NCBI GenBank assembly: GCA_013239625.1 | Contig: MU053762.1 | Coordinates: 23,424-87,423 of the forward strand | DNA: 64,000 nt | Reading direction: 5' to 3' | Origin: Lama guanicoe | Taxonomy: Eukaryota | Shown: one piece after another, positions 1 to 13,030 of the stretch | Layout of the letters: every line of letters begins with the position of its first letter | Position numbering within the stretch: position 1 is the stretch's first letter | Position numbers and translations under genes: made by a program | Notes under the pieces: model-generated | The model's input: only the letters and a program-made list of their open reading frames with translations | Databases searched by the model: none | Told to the model about the DNA's origin: nothing

Positions 1-96
1 TTAGATTTGTCTATTTTTAGAGGAGCTACTGGGGTTTGAACCCAGGACCTCATGCATGCTAAGCAAGAACTCTACCACTTGAACTATACCTTCCCC
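1..96 (-). mobile_element. tRNA-derived SINE (camelid Vic-1-like), tail cut by the window edge
   Basis: Reverse complement reads GGGGAAGGTATAGTTCAAGTGGTAGAG...GAGGTCCTGGGTTCAAACCCCAG: a tRNA-like head with Pol III A and B boxes, followed by an A-rich tail. Confidence 0.85.
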
Positions 97-445
97 CATA
101 CAATTGTTATATCCTCTTGTTAAATTGATCCCTTTATCATTATGTAATGCTCTTCTTTGTGTCTTTTTACAGTCTTTGTTTTAAATCTATTTTGTCTGAT
201 GTAAGTATTGCTACCCCAGCTTTCTTTTTGTTACCCTTTGCATAGGATATATTTTGCCATTCATTCACTTTCAGTCTGTGTGTGTCTTGATCCAAAGTGA
301 GTCTTTTGTAGGCAACATATACATGGATCTTGTTTTTCATGTTTAGTCACTCTATGTCTTGTTTGGAGACTTTAGTCCATCTACATTTAGAGTAATTATT
401 GATAGGTATGCAATTATTGCCATTTTCTTAATTTCTTTCTGGTTG
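97..445 (-). mobile_element. Old L1 fragment (ORF2 endonuclease start region)
   Basis: T-rich plus strand similar to the ORF2 5' region of the L1 at ~20,100-20,420 (e.g. ccctttatcattatgtaatg, attgccatttt). Confidence 0.7.
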
Positions 446-1129
446 TTGATATTTCTTTGAAACTGCTTCTGCTTTAATCTCAATTTGGTTCTGGAACACC
501 CATTTTATATACTTTAGATTTTTTTGCCTTATCCTCTAAGATGCCTCACTTCTCTTCCATATCTTCTTCTCCTTCTCCTCCTACTTCCTCTTCTGTGCTG
601 CACTCAGGATATTGTATTCTGACTTGTCTCCCCGAACAGCAGTTCTCTTGTCAGATGTCTCTAATCTGCTTTTAATAATATATTTTGGGTTTTTAATTTC
701 AGCTATTCCATTTTTCATTTAAAGACTTTTCCATTCCTTTTGAAATTTGCTGTCACTATATAATTTTCTATTACTTGCAACTATTTTAAAGTTTGTCTTT
801 TATTTTTTTAAACAGAGAAAGTTTATGAGTTTGTAATCTGTATTCAATAATTTTCAACATTTAAATTTTGTTAGTCACTTTATTCTTTTTTTTTGGAGGG
901 GTGTTTGCTCATTGTTTCCTTTTGAGCTTGGCAATTTTTAAATTGTTATTGCTATTTAATTTCTTTCAAAACTTCTTGTTGGAATTGTAAAATGAATAGG
1001 GTAAAATTATCTTACATTGTGAAGGATTCACATTTAATTCTTTAAGGTGTCTGTGGATATTACCAGTCCAGAGTCATCCTAAACCAAAATTTTGGCTTGA
1101 GTTCCTGGACCATCCAAGTGATGCAACCC

Positions 1130-1689
1130 TGTAGTAACTATATTTACTAGCTTCTGTATTTAATGGTTTGGCATCTTGGGACTTTGCAGTCCCTGAAAAG
1201 ACTGATCAATCTGGGGTTAGCCAATTATTAGAAATAGTAAAGGACTCCCTTGCAAGTGTGCCTTTTGTATAAAAACCAACCAATCAATAGGCTATATTCC
1301 AGCCACCTCCTCTATCAGCCTTCACACTCTGGGCCACTATCCAACTGCTCTAATCACCTGAGGATCAGATATCAGTCAACTATGGACACCCCCATACCAT
1401 ACAGCCTGCTGAAATTATTCAAACTAACCAATCTTAACCCTGCCTACTTTGCTTCACCCCTTCCCTTTCCCCTTCCAGCAGCAGCCACAGTAAAGCACTT
1501 GCCCAGGTTTCATCTTGCTCACTCTGCTCCTTACTGACCCTGGTACTTTCTTGTGTGGCCCCACATTGGCATGGCGTGCCCTCTGCCCTTGGGAGCTGTG
1601 AATAACAAACCATCTTTTCAATGACAATCATCTCCTTATCTGTTGGCCTCACCATATTGGAATAATAACAAAACGTACACTTTAAAACA
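1130..1689 (+). mobile_element. Solo LTR, MER77-like (ERVL class)
   Basis: Starts TG (tgtagtaac) and ends CA (tttaaaaca). Exact 5-bp target-site duplication AACCC at 1125-1129 and 1690-1694. Internal motifs match the MER77 consensus as recalled. Confidence 0.8.
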
Positions 1690-2917
1690 AACCCTGGGTT
1701 GCAAATAAATATGATAGGTATGAATCTTTTTTTGCTTCTCTTCTCTTTCCTTTCCATACTGTATCAAATCAACATTGAATATAATGCATTGGGAGTGAGG
1801 GAAGGCAGATTCCCTTCAAGTTCACACTTTCTTTGTAGGTGTACTCCAGTTGTTTTCTTCCTTGGCTTGCAATTAAAATCACTTGGGGAGGAGACCTTAT
1901 AAAAACACTCATGCTTAGCTCCAAGTCCAGCTCTGTTAAATCAGACACTCTGGTGATGGTCCAAAGATCAAGTGTGAGCATTTTTAAGAGCATCCCTGTT
2001 GATGTTTATGTACAGAAAATGTAAAGAATAACTAGATTAGTCTTTCACTATCTAAAGGCTGTCTCCTACTAGACCCTGTCTGTTCTCCTAACACCTTCTC
2101 CTGACAAAGCTGAACTTTGCAATTTTGCCAAGGAAAAAATACTTGAGGAGTTCAGCTCTATTTTTCAGAATAGAGAATAAAGAATACACTTGGAGTTGGG
2201 AAGTCAACGAATTGACAAATAGCACAATCACATTGAGAATCACACAAGTTATATAGTGATCACATTTAATCATTAACATTGAGCAAGTTTAGCACAGTTC
2301 TAAGAATACATAAGTGATTAATATATATTAGACTGTTATTATATTTTCTAATATAACATATAGTTTTATGTATAATAAAACCCATTCTAGTTTTATTATC
2401 AAATAATTCTGGAATTCTAATTAATGACTCTAGGAGGTGTGAAATAATGGATAACTTTCAGGAGAGATGAGATAGCATCTATTCCCTTTAAGCTGAAAAA
2501 AACCAAACAATGCACAGTTATTCATTTGCCTCATGTAGATTAGGGAGTATTCTGATCTGAAGTTATTTTTTGAAGTGAAAGTCTTAGCCCCTCAAACTGC
2601 AGCAAGTATGCTTTACTAGGGCCCTACTATGGGAATTTTAAGCTTGGAATTTTTAATGTTCAAGCAAAACATATTTCTTCATTAATAAAGACACTTTGCC
2701 ATTGAAGCTTCATCACCTTTTTTGTTGAATGGAACTGTGTTGTCATTGCATTAATCTTCAGTGTTCTTGAGAGGCAAGAATATACAATTATACATCCCAT
2801 TTTATATTGCTTTTATTTCTCATAATTAGTTAATATCATGTTATTAAAACCTAAGACCTTTACCTAAATTTTTCTTCTTTTCTCCTTTGATATTTTAGTT
2901 CATGCATTCTTACATTA

Positions 2918-3182
2918 TTTTTAAATTGAGATATAACTGGCATATAATATTATATTACTTTCAGGTGCACAAAATCATGGATTTGAGAAAGATATATTAT
3001 ATATATATCATATTTATGTATGTGATACAAATGATCACAATAAGTCTAGTTAACATCCATTGCCACAAATAGCTATATATTTTTTTCTATGATGAGAAAG
3101 TTTAATATCTACTCTCTTTGCAACTTTCAAATATATAATACAGTATTAATAACTATGGTCATCAAGTACATTGCATCCCCAT
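2918..3182 (-). mobile_element. Old L1 3' end fragment
   Basis: Poly-T start and L1 3'UTR motifs (aagtttaatatctactctctttgcaactttcaaatatataatacagtattaa). Confidence 0.65.
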
Positions 3183-3609
3183 AGACTCTGGGTGAGCTCC
3201 GGATTTTGAACTCTGGCCCCTTATCTCACACCTTCAAAATTGATGGCACATTCCTTTGTTTGACAACAGCTTCTATGCTCCACTTACCTCATTGAGTTCC
3301 CCCTTTCCCTTGAAATTTGGCCTAATGATGTCATTCAGTACTAGTTTAACATTTTTATTGCTTTTGAAAATATACTTTTCCTTAATCCAGAAGTTTAAAT
3401 TATTTTCAGTACAAGGCTTTGTCTGAAAGTATTATTCAGATTCGGTCACTCTATTTCCCAATTCTTAGACTTCAGTTATTTCCAATTCTCATTGCTCATC
3501 CTCTTGCCTCTGTTCTCAAACCCACTGTAGCAGAGCATTCCTGGTACCAGTAAGCTTACGTCTATGTCCTGCCTCGAGTGCCTTTCATCTATTCTGTCTC
3601 AGGCTTTTC

Positions 3610-3950
3610 TTTAAACTGTGAAAGGCAGCTCATTTTGCACAAGCAGAGCCTGTAAGTTTAGGGGTGTTAAAGACATCTACAAAAACTCTCAATCAATGGG
3701 AAATGTGAGTTGTTGGATAAATCTCCACACTGCCCTTCAAAGGGATACTTCTGAAGTGCATTCTATGCAGTTCTTCAGAATATCCATTTTGGGATTGACC
3801 TCATTTCCCAGGAGAAGAACCAGCCCCATAACTCACCTTTCTTGACTTTTCCATTTTCCCTGTCTTATGGTCCCTCTTTGCCATCTACACCTCTCTGGAT
3901 TCCCGTCATCATTTCCCAAATAAGCCACATACATCCAAATATCTTTTGCT
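3610..3950. mobile_element. Ancient ERVL LTR fragment (LTR16-like)
   Basis: Motifs such as gttggataaat...tctgaagtgcattctatgcagtt...cccaaataa resemble the LTR16 family as recalled. Boundaries approximate. Confidence 0.4.
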
Positions 3951-5429
3951 GTGAAATTGTCGCTCTATAGGAGCTTAAGATCTTACTACTTCTCTCTTCA
4001 TTTCAATTAACCTTTAAAGAAATTACATTATAGCTGTTTATGTTAGGAAACATATGATGGCAAAATTATTATTGCATGCATGCAATATATTTGTGTATGT
4101 GGATTTCTACTTCACTATAATTGAATTTCTATAAAATCTACATTGAATTTTTATTGAATTCAGTAAAGCACTTTTCTCAGGGAAAATTCACACATTACTG
4201 GATGGATGATGGTTTTGAGTTACCACATGATGGCAGGGTCAGCAAGCCATTACACCTTAGGTTTGGCCTTGTGCAGCACCCGTGGGAACTGTGTTGTTCT
4301 CTAATCTGTGCTGGGGATGAACAGACAATGTTGCACAAGTGTAGGCAGAAGTACCCCTGAAAAGTCTGTTATAACCTTCACCAATGCCCCACCCTCTCAG
4401 CCCAGTTGAGGTCACCTTGACATGTACCCAGATATCAGGCTTCCTTGCTCACTCACAGAGGCCTGCAAACTTAGGAAGATGCCACACGGCCAAACCAACC
4501 TCTTCCAAACCACTACCACTGACTATATCCCATCACTTTCTGTTTCTCTTTTGCCGGTCTAGGAGCTACTGGCAGTGCTATGTTGTTGGGAGTGAGATAG
4601 TTACTTGCATAGACATGTGGATGCATGGCTTGGGGACCCAGGCAGGAACTCACATGGATGATGTTTAGACAGATGGACAGTACATCTGCACCTCTGATGC
4701 AAGACAATAAGGATATTTAGATACTGTTTAACCTTGATGGCTACTTGTATACTCCTCCCACAGTACCTCTTAATAGCAAGTGGATTTCTACAAGGGCAAT
4801 TATCATCACAACTTTAGATGACCTTGGTCTGGGTAAGTATTGGCCTCTATATCAACGTTTGATATCTGTCTTATCCACTTTTCTGCCATGGTATTGATAT
4901 GGTTGCTTTGAAAATATTGGACATTCCAATAATTTTTGTAATGATAAAAAGTCCTCATAGTTGGCATTTTGCACCAATTACTGTAGTCTGTTTTCCCCAA
5001 AGCAGGGACACTCTCCTGAAGAAACACCATATAATGTGAAAATGAGGAAGTGATATGCTTTCCACATTATTATATAATCCATAGGCTCACTTCAACTTTC
5101 ACCAGTAGGTCTAACTGCATGTTTTCTTTTTCTAGAATTGTTACCGAGATTCTCTCATTTTGACAACCTTGATGGGTTTAAAGCATACACAATAATCACT
5201 TAATCTGGGAGAACTTTTCTTTATGGCTTTTTTCACTAGGGATCTTTTTAGTGTGTATTATTATAATGCATTGTATCAGTACTACATTCCTGATTATTTT
5301 GATTGTGTTTAAAAATACATAATATGACACTTAAATCATTTTAAATCATAACATTTAAATCATTTTAAGTACACACTTTTGTGGTATTAGCTGTCTATAC
5401 ATAATTGTATAAACAAGCTTAGTAACATG

Positions 5430-5830
5430 CATACCTCCTTTAAGCATGGGAGATACCCAGAAAATTGAGTAATTCCCTGAAATGGCCCAAGACATCACTT
5501 GAAATACCATCTTCATCTAAAACCATAAGAAAGGAAGGGTATGTTCATTGTACAGATTTAAATCTTAGCCTTCTCCATTAATAAGAGTGTTTTGTTGTTG
5601 TTGTTGTTATTGTTGTTGATGTTGTTTGAGATTTAGTCATTTTTCTATTCCTGACACAGAGGGGGACACAACCTTTCAAATGGAGATTTCCATTATAAAT
5701 ATAAAATTGCCTCAAAAAGGCAAAATTGACTTGGGTTTCATAGAATCTCATGGTTCTTTTTTAATAAATCTGTCCATTGTAATCTTCAAGCTAAAGAGAT
5801 CTATTTTAGAGTGTAATTTGCCATCCTTCA
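5430..5830 (-). mobile_element. ERV LTR fragment with an internal (GTT)n microsatellite at ~5590-5625
   Basis: Begins TG on the minus strand (ccatccttca). LTR-like motifs catgggagatacccag and gaaatggcccaag. Sits between L1 3' sequences. Confidence 0.45.
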
Positions 5831-8500
5831 CATGGGTATACCCCAATTTTCTTATGTATTCATTCATGGAAGGATATCCTCATATTTTAAAGATTTTAGG
5901 CATTATGAGTAGAGTTGTTGTGCATAATTGCAGGCTAGGTTTTGTTTGGACACTTTCAAAGCAGTTGTCTAAATACTAGAGACACACTGTTGGGTCCTCA
6001 GGTGAACTTTGACTAGCTTTGGAAAAAACTGCCAAACTGTCTTTCAAAGTAGCCACACATGGATTCCTCCAGCAGTGAGGGAGATTTCCTGTTTTTCTTC
6101 ATTCTCTATCAATCACAGGTAATGTCATTTCTTTGGAGTTTAGTGGTTCTAATACGTGTGCATTTCTATATCATCATTTTAGTTTGTAATTCCTTAATGG
6201 TATATGATTTTCTTTGGAAATGTGTCTGTTAAGATCTTTACCAGTTTTTATCTGGGTTGTTTGTTATAAAATTCTTGATGTAATTTGAGTCCACATCCTT
6301 AATCAGATATGTGTTGTGTAGACTTATTTTTCTCAGTATGTGGTTTGTCTTTAGGTTTTGTGAATAAGATCATAAACAATGTTTAAATTTTTATTTTTTT
6401 AATTCCATGATACAAATTTTACTTTTCTGGATAGATTTGGGGATTTTTTTTAAAAGTTCATCATTTAGACAAGGTTATGTAGATTTTCTTACATGTTTTC
6501 CTTTAGAATATTTATAGATGTGCATTTTTATAATTGTATGGACAATTTAGAGTACACTAGGTAAACACTGAGTGGTTACACCTGCAGTTCCCAGCTCGTC
6601 AGAAGTTGGCTCCATGCCCTCTCTCTGACCCTTGAGGTGCATGTTTCTCACTGAGGGACTTGGCTCCTCGTGGAGCTAGTGGAGGCTGGGCCTCTTCAGG
6701 ACCCGTCGTGGTTTCAACTTCAGGACAATACTCAGGTAAGTACACACAGGCAGGAGCCAGACTTCTTCAGGAACCAAGAGGAGGCAACATCATGTGAGTA
6801 AACATGGGGAAAAAGTGGGCAGAAGCTTTCTCCATGTGGTTACAGCTAAGGGTTTCCATTTTCAGAGTATCCAGCAGAGAAGGGGCTTTATATGGAAACT
6901 TGTGGAATTTACTCTTAATTTTGTGTGTGATGTTGACAGTGTCTAGTGTCATTTTGGGGGGATATGGTTTCCGGTGTTCTTGGCACCATTTATTGAGGAT
7001 ACTGTCTTTCCCCATTGTGTGTCCTTAGCTCTTTTGTCATGAATTAACTAACAACATAAACTGGGTTTATTCCTGTGCTCTCTAGTCTATCACTCTGGTT
7101 CATGTGCCTGTTTTTGTGCCAGTACCACACTGCTTAGGTGACTGTAGCTTCATCATGTACTGTGAAGTCAGTGAGAAAGATGCCTCTAGCTGTTTTCTCC
7201 TTTCTTAGGATCATTTAGGTTATTCCGGGTTCTTTGTTCTACACAAATGCTAGGATTTCTTGGTTTTTGTGTCCATAAAACAAGCTATTTGAATTTGATA
7301 GAGTTTGCAATTAATGTGTACACTGCTTTGGCTTGATGAATGTTATACCAATGTTCTTCTAATGTATGAGCACACATTTTGTGGATGTGTGTCCTGTATC
7401 AATTTATTTATCAGTGTTTTATAAGTTTCCATGTGCAGGATTTTCACATCCTTTATAATTTATTTCTAGATATTTTGGTTATTTTTTGGTACAATTGTGA
7501 AATAGTGTTGTTTTAGTAATTTATATTTCTGGAACTTCTTTATTAGTGTATAGAAAGTCAAGTCATTTTTCTTTTTTTAACTTTTTTATTGCTTTATAAT
7601 CATTTTACAATGTTGTGTCAAATTCCAGTGAAGAGCACAATTTTTCAGTGATACATGAACATTCATTGTCAAATTTTTCTCTCTGTGAGCTACCATAAGA
7701 TCTTGTATTCATTTCCCTGTGCTATACAGTATAATCTTGTTTATTTATTCTACAATTTTGAAATCCCAGTCTATCCCTTCCCACCCTCCGCCCCCTTGGC
7801 AACCACAAGTTTGTATTCTATGTCTATGTGTCTATTTCTGATTTGTATTTATGCTTTTTGTTTGTTTGTTTGTTTGTTTGTTTGTTTTAGGTTCCACATA
7901 TAAGTGATCTCATATGGTATTATTCTTTCTCTTTCTGGCTTACTCCATTTAGAATGGCATTCTCCAGAAGCATCCATGTTGCTGCAAGTGACGTTATGTT
8001 GTCAATTTATATGACTGAATAGTATTCAATTGTATAAATATACCACTTCTTCTTTATCCAGTCATCTGTTGATGGACATTTAGGTTGTTTCCATGTCTTG
8101 GCTACTGTAAATATTGCTGCTATAAACATTGGGACACAAGTGTCTTTTTGAAGTAGGGTTCCTTCTGGATAGAGGCCCAGGAGTGGGATTCCTGGGTCAT
8201 ATGATAAGTCTATTCCTAGTCTTTTGAGAAATCTCCGTACTGTTTTCCACAGTGGCTGCACCAAACTGCATTCCCACCAACAGTGTAGGAGAGTTCCCTT
8301 TTCTCCACAGCCTCTCCAGCATTTGTCATTTGTGGATTTTTGAATGATGGCCATTCTGACTGTTGTGAGGTGATACCTCATTGTAGTTTTGATTTGCATT
8401 TCTCTGATAATTAGTGATACTGTGTATTTTTTAACAACTGATTTTTCTGTATTGATATTTTATCATACAGCTTTTCTAAACTCATTTATTTTATCAGTTT
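5831..8500 (-). mobile_element. Old L1 (3' ORF2 region), interrupted by a ~360-bp insert (6551-6913) and a younger L1 (7571-8435)
   Basis: Minus-strand ORF 6767-7015 starts MGKDSILNKWC (L1 ORF2 motif GKDSLFNKWC). The L1 consensus resumes across both insertions. Confidence 0.7.
7571..8435 (-). mobile_element. Younger lineage-specific 5'-truncated L1 (ORF2 C-terminus, 3'UTR, polyA)
   Basis: ORF 8007-8399 encodes [16 protein letters not shown]...[18 protein letters not shown] (L1 ORF2 Cys-rich domain). 3'UTR near-identical to those at 11223, 15690 and 17401. Degenerate TSD caagtcatttttc / caactgatttttc. Confidence 0.9.
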
Positions 8501-8517
8501 TTTTTTTTTGGTGGTTT

Positions 8518-8859
8518 GTCTCTGTACCAGCATCTTCAGTATACCCCCAAAAGGAGAAGTCATAATCATAATGATCAGATATAAAAATGTCAGGTCTAAG
8601 TGTAAAGTATTGGATGGTAAGTCAAAGGCCAACTTGAGTACAAAATAATATATACAAAATTGTTAAGAAATACCAAAGGAGAACATAGTTGTAAATTAAG
8701 AAGGGTGACAAATACAGTCAGGACATGAAGCAGACACACTCATTCCATCACCCAACTCAAATAGTGATAACTTTTTTTAGCCCATTAGCAAGTACAAGTC
8801 ATTAAAGAGGAGGTGATTCATGACAAAGTGAGCACACCAGAGAGTGTGGTTTGATGCAT
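8518..8859 (+). pseudogene. MT-RNR1: NUMT 12S rRNA 3' part
   Basis: catcttcag, aaaaatgtcaggtctaagtgtaa, cacactcattccatcaccc and the terminal gacaaagtgagcacaccagagagtgtggtttgat correspond to conserved 12S motifs (e.g. gtaacaaggtaagcatactggaaagtgtgcttgg). Confidence 0.8.
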
Positions 8860-8927
8860 TAAAGTGTAGTTGAAAGAAAAGCACATGGTTTACACCCAGT
8901 AGATTCCATACTTCATGAAAAATTTGA
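8860..8927 (+). pseudogene. NUMT tRNA-Val
   Basis: aaagtgtagttgaaagaaaagcacatggtttacacccagtagatt contains the TAC anticodon loop (ttacac) and lies between 12S and 16S. Confidence 0.75.
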
Positions 8928-10356
8928 ACTAAAGGCAGCCCAGGCTTCCTACCATATTCAACTATCATAAATAAATTAGAGATTTGTTTAACACTTAATA
9001 TGTTGAAGATAGAAAATTAAAAGTATAAAGTACCATTAGAGAATGATGAAATAAGTTAAATACCTTGAAACCAGATGAGATAATTCTGAATAGTTTACTG
9101 GAACAAATTCATCTATATGGTAAAATAGAAGATTTATGAGTAGAGGTAATAAGCCCAACAAGTCTGATGATAGCAGGTTGTTCAGAAAAGAATTTTAGTT
9201 CAATTTTAATTATTAATTAAAAACAAAACTGTTAAAATCATTTAATATAATTTTAAAGGTACAGGTATAGATGCAGGATATAAGCTTCTCTAGAGAATAT
9301 GCATAAACAATGCTGTAGTTTGCTTAAAAGCAGCCACCAGTTAAGAAAGTATTCAAGGTTAAGAACACATTCATCTCAATAGCAATAGCAAAAGAATAAA
9401 CCTCATAGTTTAATACTGGACTAATCTATTAATTAGTAAAAGCAATACTATTCATACTGGTTGCAAGAAATATTTATCTTTGCATGAGCTTATATCAGGA
9501 TGAATCATGTACTGATGGTTAAGAGTAAAATAAACCCTAACCAATACTTAATTATAAAAAATTGTTAGTCCAACACAGGTTTGCATTTAAGGAATGACTT
9601 TGTAAAAGGAAAAGGAACTTGGTAATCACATGTCCTGCATGTTTACCAGCAAGGTTACCTCTAGCACTTCTAATCTTAGAGGCACTGCCTGACAAAAGAC
9701 ATATTTAATGGCCATGGTTTCCTGACACTGCAAATGTAGCATAATCACTTGTTTTCTAAATAAGCAGCTGGGAGAATGGAACAAGGTTTTTACTATCTCT
9801 TTTCATCAGTGAAACTGACCTTCCCAATAAGAGGTGGGAGCCATATAAAATGAAAAGTTCCTTTGGTGCTTTATGTGTTTAATCTATAAAACAAATAACT
9901 GAATCTTAAGGGATAGCATAGCTTTTAATGGGTTAATAATTTTGGTTGTGGTGGCCCCAATGAATATAACAAGCTCCAAGTGATTAAAATTTAGACCAGC
10001 TTTTCAAAATATTATAGCATGTATTGATACAATACATTGATTAACAGAAAAAAGTACTCTAAGAATAATAGCTCAATTCAAATTTAGAATTCATTTCAGC
10101 AATAGGTTTTATACCCTCAGAATTGAATCAGAAGATCCCAGTGTTGTAACTTCTGAAAATGTTTCATTTAATGATTAAAGTTCTGTGAGATATGAGTTCA
10201 GACTGGAATGATCCCAATAAGTTTGTATCTATTATACACATCCCAGTATGAGAGGACAAGAGAATTAAGGGTCACTTTATAAAAGAACCATCAAATTAAC
10301 TGGTGATACAGTAAAAATTTAATAAATTTTTCATATCCTAGTGTAGAACATGGTTT
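8928..10356 (+). pseudogene. MT-RNR2: NUMT 16S rRNA
   Basis: Conserved 16S blocks: gaaaccagatgag, aaaagcagccacca, caacacagg, aaaaggaact, tgtttacca, gtagcataatcacttgtt, cagtgaaactgaccttccc, ttaaagttctgtgagatatgagttcagactgga. Confidence 0.9.
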
Positions 10357-10431
10357 GCTACGTTAGCAGAACACAACAAATGCATCAAACATAAATCTTT
10401 ATTTCCTCAAGGTTAAGTCCTCTTCCTAAGA
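10357..10431 (+). pseudogene. NUMT tRNA-Leu(UUR)
   Basis: Degenerate match (gcaga...tgcatcaaacataaatcttt...aggttaagtcctcttcctaa) at the expected position between 16S and ND1. Confidence 0.65.
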
Positions 10432-10433
10432 AC

Positions 10434-11650
10434 AGGTTTATAATCTACATTCTTTTACTAAGTATTACAGGTTTGCTCACTTGTCATTTTTCACATTAAT
10501 TAAAGGGAATTCCTAGGTTCTGGAAATTTAGAGAGGCCCAAATATCATCAATTTATATATATTATTGCACCAATACTGGCCTTAACCATGGCTTTCACAT
10601 TAGCAGTTCCTCTTAACATAACTTATCCACTATCCACTGATGTAAACTTAGGCACACTTCTTATACTGGCTGTATGAAGCCTAGCTTCTTATTCCATGCT
10701 CTGATCTGGATGAGTTTAATATTAAAACTACACACTAATCAGAGCTTTATGGGCAAGAGCACAATCTCAAATAAAGTAAACTAGCAATTATTGGTTTATC
10801 ATTCCTACTGATAAATGGATCATTCATACTCTCAGTTATTAAACAAGAATACCTGTGATTAATTTTCCCCTCCCAACCCCTAGCCATTTTTTTATATTTA
10901 CCTCTACTGTAGCAGAAATCAACAGAGCCCCATTTTGATTTAACAGAAGAATCAAAACTTGTATATACCTTCCGTGTAGAATATGTAGCAGGTCTATTTT
11001 CTCTGATATTTATAGCTGAATATGTCAGTATCACTATAATAAATGGTTTCAAAATTATTCTATTTTAAGGGCATTTCAAAATCCCTAGATAACAGAATTA
11101 TATACAGCCAAATTACATACAGCCAATGTTATTATTCAAACATGCCTCCTAACAATATCCTTTCTATGAATTTGAATATCCTACACACAATTTTGAGATG
11201 ATCATCTTATACATCTCTTATTTTTTAACATTTTTATTGAGTTATAGTCATTTTACAATGTTGTATCAAATTCCAGTGTAGAGCATAATTTTTCAGTTAT
11301 ACATGAACATATATATATTTGTTGTTACATTATTTTCCCTGTGAGCTACTACAAGATCTTGTATATATTTCCCTGTGCTATACAGTACAATCTTGTTTAT
11401 CTATTTTACATATGCCTGTCAGTATCTACAAATTTTGAACTCCCAGTTTATCCCTTCCCACCCCTCTCCCCCTTGGCAACCACAAGTTTGTATTCTATGT
11501 CTATGAATCTATTTCTGTTTTGGATTTATGTTCTCTTTTGAGATTTCTTTTTTATACATCCCTTATTTATGAAAAAAAATAACACAAACACCTGCTCTAT
11601 GCATATGTTTCAGTACCTGTCAGTGCATCAGGCATCCCACTACAAACATA
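10434..11650 (+). pseudogene. MT-ND1: NUMT ND1, disrupted and split by an L1 insertion
   Basis: Motifs aggcccaaat, caacagagccccattttgatttaacagaagaatcaaaacttgta (NRAPFDLTEGESELV region), tttatagctgaatat, and the end ggcatcccactacaaacata. Start codon mutated to AGG. Confidence 0.85.
11223..11551 (-). mobile_element. Short 5'-truncated L1 3' end inserted in NUMT ND1
   Basis: Same 3'UTR as the 7571 and 15690 copies. 16-bp TSD ttatacatctcttatt (11207-11222) / ttatacatcccttatt (11552-11567), one mismatch. Confidence 0.88.
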
Positions 11651-12057
11651 AGAACTATGTCTGACCAAAGAGTTTTTGTTTGTTTGTTTTGCTTTGCTTT
11701 TAGGGGGGAAGTAATTAGGCTTATTTATGTATGTTTAAATTTATTTTTATTAATATTATCATTATTATTGTTGTTGTTATTTAAAATATTTAATATGTTA
11801 TTATTATTATTAATTATTATCATCATCTAAGCATACACTCTACCTCTGAGCTATACCCTCCCCCAAAAGAGTTCTTTTAAAATAGTAAATAAAAGAGGTT
11901 TAATCAGTTCCTAGAATCATAGGAATTGATCCTACACCTAAGAATTTTAAAATGTTCATGCTACCACATTATACCACATTCTATGGTGAATAAAGTCTGT
12001 TAAATAAACTATCAGGCACAGACCCTAAGAGTATTGTTGTATATCTTTAGTATACTA
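11651..12057. pseudogene. NUMT tRNA-Ile (+, split by a SINE), tRNA-Gln (-, 11912-11983), tRNA-Met (+, ~11990-12057)
   Basis: agaactatgtctgacc...aagagtt...agtaaataaaagaggttt (Ile); tagaatcataggaattgatcctac...taccacattcta (Gln, antisense); taaataaactatcaggcacagacc (Met). This is the IQM cluster. Confidence 0.8.
11675..11863 (-). mobile_element. Vic-1-like SINE inserted in NUMT tRNA-Ile
   Basis: Reverse complement head GGGGAGGGTATAGCTCAGAGGTAGAGTGTATGCTTAG and tail TAAATAAGCCTAATTACTTCCCCC. TSD aaagagtt on both sides (11667-11674, 11866-11873). Confidence 0.82.
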
Positions 12058-13030
12058 GTAAACTCTATTTTTACTGTCATTCTACTGACCATTATCTCAG
12101 GAATCATTATTTTAATGAAAAGCTCACATGGTACTAGTATTTCTATTCTAAAAGAAAATAAAATTCACAAGTTATAGAAGCATCCAACAAGTATTTTCTA
12201 ACAAAAAACACCACATCAATACTATTTATATTGGATATTATTATTAATCTAGTATACTAGATCAATGAACAAGTACAAAATTCTTTAATCTAAGAGCATC
12301 CACCATTTTAACAATAGCCCTAGTCATAAAATTGAACTTCCCCCATTTCCTTTCTGAGTGATTGAAGTTATACAGGGCATCTGGCATACAGTAGAGCCAA
12401 TCCTATTAATGTGACAAATGTACACCCCTATGTGTTATAGCCAATCTCATCGCCCACTAAACATACTATTCATCAAAGCTGTATTATGAAGTATCATCAG
12501 CAGCTGAGACAGACTAATAAAACTCACTACAAAATTTATAGCCTGCTCATCAACTGTCCATATAAGATGAATAAAAGCTATTACAATGTGTAATCCAATC
12601 ATGACAACCCTAAATGCACTAATTTGTATCAAAAACACTGTCAACTTACAATTTATGCCCTGTGCATGGACTGCAACAGTATCATTATCACACACATAAA
12701 ATAAAACTCTTCCCAATCACAATTTTTATCCCCATCATCATATTGTCTTAGGTGGTCTGCCACTAGTATAAGGGTTTTTCCTCAAATGAGTAATAACTCA
12801 AGATATAACAAAATTCATTAACATCAACCTACAAACATTAATATTCCTTGCAGCATTATTCAACATATATTTGTACTTCTGGCTAAAATCCTCCATATCA
12901 CTACCTATATCTTTATCAATAAATTAAAAAAATGAGATTTTAAACATAGAAAACAACTTTCTGATTATTACTAATCCTAACAGTCACAGGATTACTGCCA
13001 TTAATATCAACTGTATCAGTGCTTAAATAT
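12058..13030 (+). pseudogene. MT-ND2: NUMT ND2, disrupted
   Basis: agaagcatccaacaagtattttctaaca (EASTKYFLT), atagccctagtcataaaa, cccatttcctttctgagtg (PFHFW), tcttaggtggtctgccac (SLGGLPP). Confidence 0.85.
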
